Of a DNA stretch of 31,610 nt, positions 27,122 to 31,610 are shown piece after piece (within the stretch, counting starts at the first letter, position 1; every line of letters begins with the position of its first letter). The notes beneath the pieces were generated by a model. The model ran no database searches. It had not been told where the DNA came from and was given only the letters and a program-made list of their open reading frames with translations. The position numbers were made by a program, and so were the translations under genes. The DNA comes from Candidatus Methylomirabilis sp. (lineage in GTDB: Bacteria; Methylomirabilota; Methylomirabilia; Methylomirabilales; Methylomirabilaceae): the NCBI GenBank assembly GCA_041498975.1, contig JBGQJI010000010.1, forward strand, positions 1 to 31,610, read 5' to 3'.

Positions 27122-27670
27122 ATGAGCCGCCGGAAGCTCGTCGTAAAACGTGATGAGTGTGCGCCAGGGGCGCCGATGGAGATCCGGGCCGGCGTCAAGA
27201 ACTGGAAATTCATCTACCCGAATACCGGGGTCCCGTCCAAGACCCTGATCATGGGGATCGTCGAGATCGCGCCGGGACAACACACTCCGCTCCACAGACA
27301 TACTAAGCGGAACGGAAAAAAGGTGACACCTCCGTCCGCCCCTCATCGGACTCTCCCCGGGACTGTGCGGCCCGGGCTCACGTGACGCCTCATTCATGCT
27401 ACGCACAGTAACTGCGAGGAGGTCTACTATGTCCTCGACGGTCACGGCTCCATCCAGTCGGACGGCGAGCGGTTCGATCTTGAGGCAGGGGACGCCGTGT
27501 ACAACCGGGAGAGCTCCGCCCACCGGGTCTTTAATACCGACCAGGCGAAGGCGCTAAGGCTCTTGGTAGTAAGCGGAATCAAGTTCGTCGGCCTGCTCCC
27601 GCAGTGGCCGACGGAGAGCCCCACGAGATCCTGGACCAGGACTGAGCCGTCAGGCATCGAGTTGAGATAG
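27122..27670 (+). pseudogene. Cupin-domain gene interrupted by a MITE
   Basis: Removing 27303-27410 restores PGQHTPLHRH-NCEEVYYVLDG...LEAGDAVY....AHRVFN (cupin motifs 1 and 2); the insert carries an in-frame TGA at 27383. Confidence 0.85.
27303..27408. mobile_element. IS630-type MITE, short copy (106 bp) with TA target-site duplication
   Basis: Flanked by TA at 27301-27302 and 27409-27410; imperfect ~27-bp terminal IRs (CTAAGCGGAACGG... vs CTGTGCGTAGCAT...). Confidence 0.8.
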
Positions 27671-28138
27671 CTCAGCAATTATGGTCCTTGGGTCTGGGCG
27701 GTCGTGCTGGCTTTCGCCGATATACATGGAGCGGACCCTCCCATCGCGGTCGATGAGGAAGGTCGAAGGGCGGGCGGTTCGAAAGGCATCGAGCCCGAAT
27801 AGGTGGTAGACCCCGTACCGCTTGGTGACGGCCCGGTCGGCATCGATGAGCATCGGCAGCGAGAAGCGATGGCCGGTCATGAACTCCCGCACCTTTTCCG
27901 GCCGCTGCGCAACGATCCCGAAGGTGACCGCGCCCATCCTCTGAAATGTCGGCAGATTCTCCTGCAGCCTTCCTAGCTGCTTGAGGCAGTTGGGTCACCA
28001 AGTCCCTCGGAAGAATACCAGCAGCACGGGCTGCCGATTTCGGTAGTCTGACAAGCGAACCTCCCGGCCGTCAAGGGCGGGAAGGCAGAACTCAGGCGCC
28101 GGATCTCCAACTTGAAGGGTGGGGTTGTCTCGCGGCAT
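27650..28138 (-). CDS. Selenocysteine-containing AhpC/TSA (peroxiredoxin-like) redoxin, 162 aa, U48xxC51
   Basis: MPRDNPTLQVGDPAPEFCLP...VLLVFFRGTW-TGA-PNCLKQL continues in frame into the 27650-27937 ORF (ARPSTFLIDRDG); SD GGAG upstream. Confidence 0.88.
27959..27985 (-). promoter_or_regulatory. Bacterial SECIS-like hairpin
   Basis: GCAGC-UAGGAAG-GCUGC stem-loop starting 14 nt after the UGA, with G in the apical loop and a lower CUC/GAG stem. Confidence 0.7.
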
Positions 28139-28209
28139 CAGCGGTGCTCCACTCGAACGGCTCTTCCCGGGCAGGATCGCAGTGCGCCAGATTCACCGGA
28201 AAAATGGGA

Positions 28210-28238
28210 TTGTCAGGACACCCTCAAGACAGTATCAT
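28210..28238 (+). promoter_or_regulatory. Sigma70-type promoter for the CinA-like gene
   Basis: TTGTCA-N17-TATCAT. Confidence 0.55.
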
Positions 28239-28281
28239 ATGACACCTCAACAGGCAGCTCATACCCCCCTGGACGCGCACA

Positions 28282-29010
28282 ATGGCCACAACGGCAGGCA
28301 TTCTGATCATCGGCAACGAGATCCTTTCGGGAAAGGTGCAGGACGCGAACTCGCCATATCTGTGCCGCGAGCTTCGCGCGCTGGGGGTCGAGATCAAACG
28401 GATCTCGGTCATTCCGGATGACATCGACAGCATCGCGGAAGAGGCTGCCACCTTCTCGACCGCCTACGACATCGTGATCACCACTGGCGGGGTCGGGCCA
28501 ACCCACGACGATGTGACCATCCACGGCATTGCGAAGGGGCTCGGCCGGCGGGTGATCAGCCACCCCGATCTCGAGCGGGTGCTTCAAAGACTGTACGGGG
28601 GGAAAGCCAACAGGGTCCACCTTCGGATGGCGCAGGCGCCCGAAGGCGCCGAACTGTTCGGCCAGCCGGATCTGGTCTTTCCGGTGGTGATCGTCAAGAA
28701 CATCTATATCTTTCCAGGGGTCCCGGAGATCCTCCAACAGAAGTTCGAGGGGATCAAAGAACGGTTTCGAGACTCACCGTTCTTCCTCAAAAGAGTGTTC
28801 GTTACCGCCGGGGAAGGCTCGATCGCAGAGCATCTGGACGCCGTCATGCAGGAGTACCCCGCTCTCCTGCTCGGGTCCTACCCCGAGCTGCATAACCCGA
28901 AGTACAAGGTCACGCTCACTCTCGAATCGAAAGACCCTGCCTATCTGGATGAGGCGCTCAGCCGCCTCATCAACCTCCTGCCAGCCTCAGCCGTGGCCAA
29001 GATCGAATAA
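28282..29010 (+). CDS. CinA-like molybdopterin-binding-fold protein (COG1058; ADP-ribose/FAD pyrophosphatase-like)
   Basis: IIGNEILSGKVQDAN, TTGGVGPTHDDVT, FPGVP, GSYP; no C-terminal NMN deamidase domain. Confidence 0.9.
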   Translation: MATTAGILIIGNEILSGKVQDANSPYLCRELRALGVEIKRISVIPDDIDSIAEEAATFSTAYDIVITTGGVGPTHDDVTIHGIAKGLGRRVISHPDLERVLQRLYGGKANRVHLRMAQAPEGAELFGQPDLVFPVVIVKNIYIFPGVPEILQQKFEGIKERFRDSPFFLKRVFVTAGEGSIAEHLDAVMQEYPALLLGSYPELHNPKYKVTLTLESKDPAYLDEALSRLINLLPASAVAKIE

Positions 29011-29024
29011 TCCGACGCTGCCGC

Positions 29025-29164
29025 TCAGCTTTCAGCTTGCAGCCTTCAGCAGTCAGCAAGAGAAGGAAACACAGCGAGCTTGGACTAACCTCGGCTTGAA
29101 TCAGAAACTATATTCCCGCCAATGGTTGTTGTGGCTGAAAGCTGATGGCTGATCGCTGAACGCT
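29025..29164. repeat. Heptamer inverted-repeat hairpin between convergent genes
   Basis: (TCAGCNN)-like x5, then (GCTGANN)x4. Confidence 0.75.
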
Positions 29165-29172
29165 CGTCCCCA

Positions 29173-30957
29173 CTATGCCAGAGGTTGGTACTGAAGCTCG
29201 TAGAGGCGGCTGTAAAAGCCGCCACGGGCCAGCAGCGCCTTGTGGGTCCCTTCCTCCCGGATGCGCCCCTTGTGCAGGACGATGATCCGGTCAACGAACT
29301 GGATGGTGGAAAGGCGATGGGCGATGATCAGGGCAGTGCGTCCCCGGAGCAGCTCCTCCAAGGCATTCTGGATCAGCAACTCCGTTGCGGTGTCTACCGC
29401 ACTGGTCGCCTCGTCCAGGATCAGAATCGGGGCGTCGAACGCCAGGGCCCTGGCGAAGGAGAGGAGCTGACGCTCCCCCTGGGACAGGGTGGAGCCGCGC
29501 TCCTGGACAGCCGCTTGGAACCCACCGGGAAGCCTGTCGATGAAGCTCTGCGCGTGAACCCGGCGGGCCGCCTCGGCCACTCCCTCCTGTGAGATACCGG
29601 GATCACCGAGGCTGATGTTGCGGGCGACATCTCCGGAGAAGAGAAAGACATCCTGCAGCACCAACCCGAGGTGGCGACGTAACGTCCGCTTGTCCCACTC
29701 CCGCACGTCGATCCCATCGATGCGAATGCTCCCGCGCTCGACGTCGTAGAAGCGACAGAGAGCCGAGATCATCGAGGTCTTGCCGGCCCCCGTCGCGCCC
29801 ACCAGCGCGACCTTTTCGCCCGGCGCCACGCGGAAGGAAATCCCCTTCAGAACCGGCTCTCCCGGCACATACGAGAGCCAGACGTCCTTGAACTCGATCT
29901 CGCCGCGCACGTGGGCGGGTTGGATGGGTGTGGCCGGGTCGGCGAGCGACTGCTGCACATCAAGCAGCGTGAAGACCCGCTCGCTGGAGGCCATTGCCGC
30001 CTGCAGGATGTTGTACTTCTCCGCCAGGTCGCGGATCGGCGTGAACAGGCGATGCACGTACTGGATGAACGCGATCACGACGCCGGGGAGGATCCGTTCG
30101 TCGAGAATCATCGCGCCGCCGTACCAGAGCACCAAGCCGACGGTAACCGCGCTGAAGAGTTCGATCGACGGGAAGAAGACGGCGTTATAATGGATGCTCT
30201 TGAGCAGCGCGTCCCGGTGCTGGGTGTTGATCTCTTTGAACTTACGGAAGTGGCGCCCCTCCTGGCCGAAGGCCTGGACGGTGGCCATGCCGGAGATATT
30301 CTCCTGGAGGTACGCGTTCATCCGGGCCAGGATCCTTCGGCTTTCGCGATAGTTCTCCCGCGCCCGCTTGCGATAAGCGGTCGTCGCCCGGAGCATGAAC
30401 GGAAAGGTGGCGAAAGAGATCAGCGCCAGGCGCCAGTCCAGGGCGAACATCGCGGCACCGACACCAACCAGGGTGAGGAGATCGCCCAGCAAGGCGACCA
30501 CCCCGGACCCGAACAGCTCATTCAGGGTCTCCACATCGTTGATGACCCTGGTCATGAGACGACCGACCGGGTTCTTGTCGAAGAAGGCGAGGTTTTGTCG
30601 CTGGAGGTGGGCGAAGAGCTGTGTCCTGAGGTCATGCATGGCCCACTGGCCGGTATACTGCATGGTGTAGCTCTGGGCATATTGGGACAGGAATCCCAGG
30701 AGGACGCTTGCCAGGTAGGCCAGGGCCGCGATGTTGAGACCGCGAAGGTCGCGGGCCGCGATGTAGGTGTCCACGGCAACCTTGATGATGTATGGTCCGA
30801 CCAGTTGCAGCCCGGTGGTCAGAAACAGGAGCAGAAGGGAGACCAGAGACCAGAGCCAATACGGTCGGAGATAGGTCAGCAGCCGCCGGATGAGCCGGGC
30901 ATCGTAGGCCTTCCCCAGGACCTCGTCGTCCTGATGATCCTGCTGTTCTCTCATCAC
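29173..30957 (-). CDS. ABC exporter, fused TMD-NBD (heterodimer subunit B)
   Basis: Walker A GATGAGKT, degenerate signature LSQGERQ, Walker B ILDEATS, IAHRLST. Confidence 0.95.
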   Translation of the reverse strand: MMREQQDHQDDEVLGKAYDARLIRRLLTYLRPYWLWSLVSLLLLFLTTGLQLVGPYIIKVAVDTYIAARDLRGLNIAALAYLASVLLGFLSQYAQSYTMQYTGQWAMHDLRTQLFAHLQRQNLAFFDKNPVGRLMTRVINDVETLNELFGSGVVALLGDLLTLVGVGAAMFALDWRLALISFATFPFMLRATTAYRKRARENYRESRRILARMNAYLQENISGMATVQAFGQEGRHFRKFKEINTQHRDALLKSIHYNAVFFPSIELFSAVTVGLVLWYGGAMILDERILPGVVIAFIQYVHRLFTPIRDLAEKYNILQAAMASSERVFTLLDVQQSLADPATPIQPAHVRGEIEFKDVWLSYVPGEPVLKGISFRVAPGEKVALVGATGAGKTSMISALCRFYDVERGSIRIDGIDVREWDKRTLRRHLGLVLQDVFLFSGDVARNISLGDPGISQEGVAEAARRVHAQSFIDRLPGGFQAAVQERGSTLSQGERQLLSFARALAFDAPILILDEATSAVDTATELLIQNALEELLRGRTALIIAHRLSTIQFVDRIIVLHKGRIREEGTHKALLARGGFYSRLYELQYQPLA

Positions 30958-31610
30958 CCGGCGCCCCCGTTGTCCGTCAAGGTCTCCAGCTCCCTGGCCA
31001 GGAGCTGACGCCGATAGAGTCGGTAGTAGTGGCCCTTCAGGGCTAGAAGCTCTTCATGGCTGCCGCGTTCGACGATGCGGCCATCATGTAGATAGATGAT
31101 CTGGTCAGCGTCCTTCACCGTGGAGATCCGATGTGAGATCAGGATCGCGGTCCGTCCTTTCATGAACCCCTTCAACTGCTCGAGGATGCGCTCCTCGGTC
31201 TCGGTGTCAACGCTCGAAAAGGCGTCGTCCAGGATCAGGATGGGGGGGTTCTTGATGATAGCCCGGGCCAGCGCTGTCCGCTGCTTCTGGCCGCCCGAGA
31301 GCCGGACGCCCCGCTCTCCCAGTAAGGTGTCAAACTGATGGGTGAACTCCCGGATGCTGGGCAGGAGCTGCGCGAGATCGGCCGCCGTTTCCACGTCCTC
31401 GGCCGTGGAGTCTGACGTACCGAAGAGGATGTTCTCTCTGATCGTATCAGAGAAGAGGAAAATGTCCTGGGAGACGAAGCCGATCGCCCGCTTCAGGGTC
31501 TGGAGGGAAATCTTCGGGAGCGGGATGTCGTCGATGCAGATGGTTCCCGGCGGAGCCTCGAACAGCCGAGGGAGGAGGTTGACCAGCGTGCTCTTCCCGG
31601 CGCCGGTCTC
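30954..31610 (-). CDS. ABC exporter, heterodimer subunit A (5' truncated by window edge)
   Basis: Frame is open to the edge: ETGAGKST, SQD, LSGGQKQR, degenerate Walker B ILDDAFS, ISHRIST. Confidence 0.93.
   Translation of the reverse strand, partial: ETGAGKSTLVNLLPRLFEAPPGTICIDDIPLPKISLQTLKRAIGFVSQDIFLFSDTIRENILFGTSDSTAEDVETAADLAQLLPSIREFTHQFDTLLGERGVRLSGGQKQRTALARAIIKNPPILILDDAFSSVDTETEERILEQLKGFMKGRTAILISHRISTVKDADQIIYLHDGRIVERGSHEELLALKGHYYRLYRRQLLARELETLTDNGGAG

Noticed and set aside
27383..27385. In-frame TGA in the cupin gene read as selenocysteine
   Set aside because: It lies inside the TA-flanked MITE, not at a conserved Cys, and the insert splits the metal-binding motif anyway
29173..31610. 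Degenerate ABC motifs (LSQGERQ, DDAFS) as a sign of pseudogenes
   Set aside because: This asymmetry is normal for heterodimeric exporters of the TM287/288 and BmrCD type

Overview
GC-rich bacterial chromosomal window with about 33 CDS, mostly housekeeping or accessory enzymes: DUF748 end, GltI-like binding protein, SYLF, DUF4197, hydrolases, IsdG-like monooxygenase, kdsB, yjbQ, pgeF, DUF1802-CbiX-peptidase T, NUDIX, DnaJ, SDR, CinA-like and a heterodimeric ABC exporter, plus two VapBC toxin-antitoxin pairs. Highlights: (1) a ~10 kb signalling island pairing a MEDS-PAS-GAF kinase with a kinase whose N-terminus is a plant-ETR1-type ethylene-binding domain retaining all seven ligand/copper residues, the two kinases sharing a paralogous GAF cassette; (2) a selenocysteine (UxxC) peroxiredoxin-like gene with a SECIS hairpin, missed by the ORF track; (3) an IS630-type MITE with TA duplication interrupting a cupin gene, with a longer sibling at 2.7 kb; (4) an unexplained, promoter-driven, highly structured ~200-nt RNA upstream of DUF1802-cbiX; (5) several families of palindromic repeats, some nested, one translated inside a kinase. 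No rRNA, tRNA, CRISPR array or transposase was seen. All family calls are by eye, without database searches.
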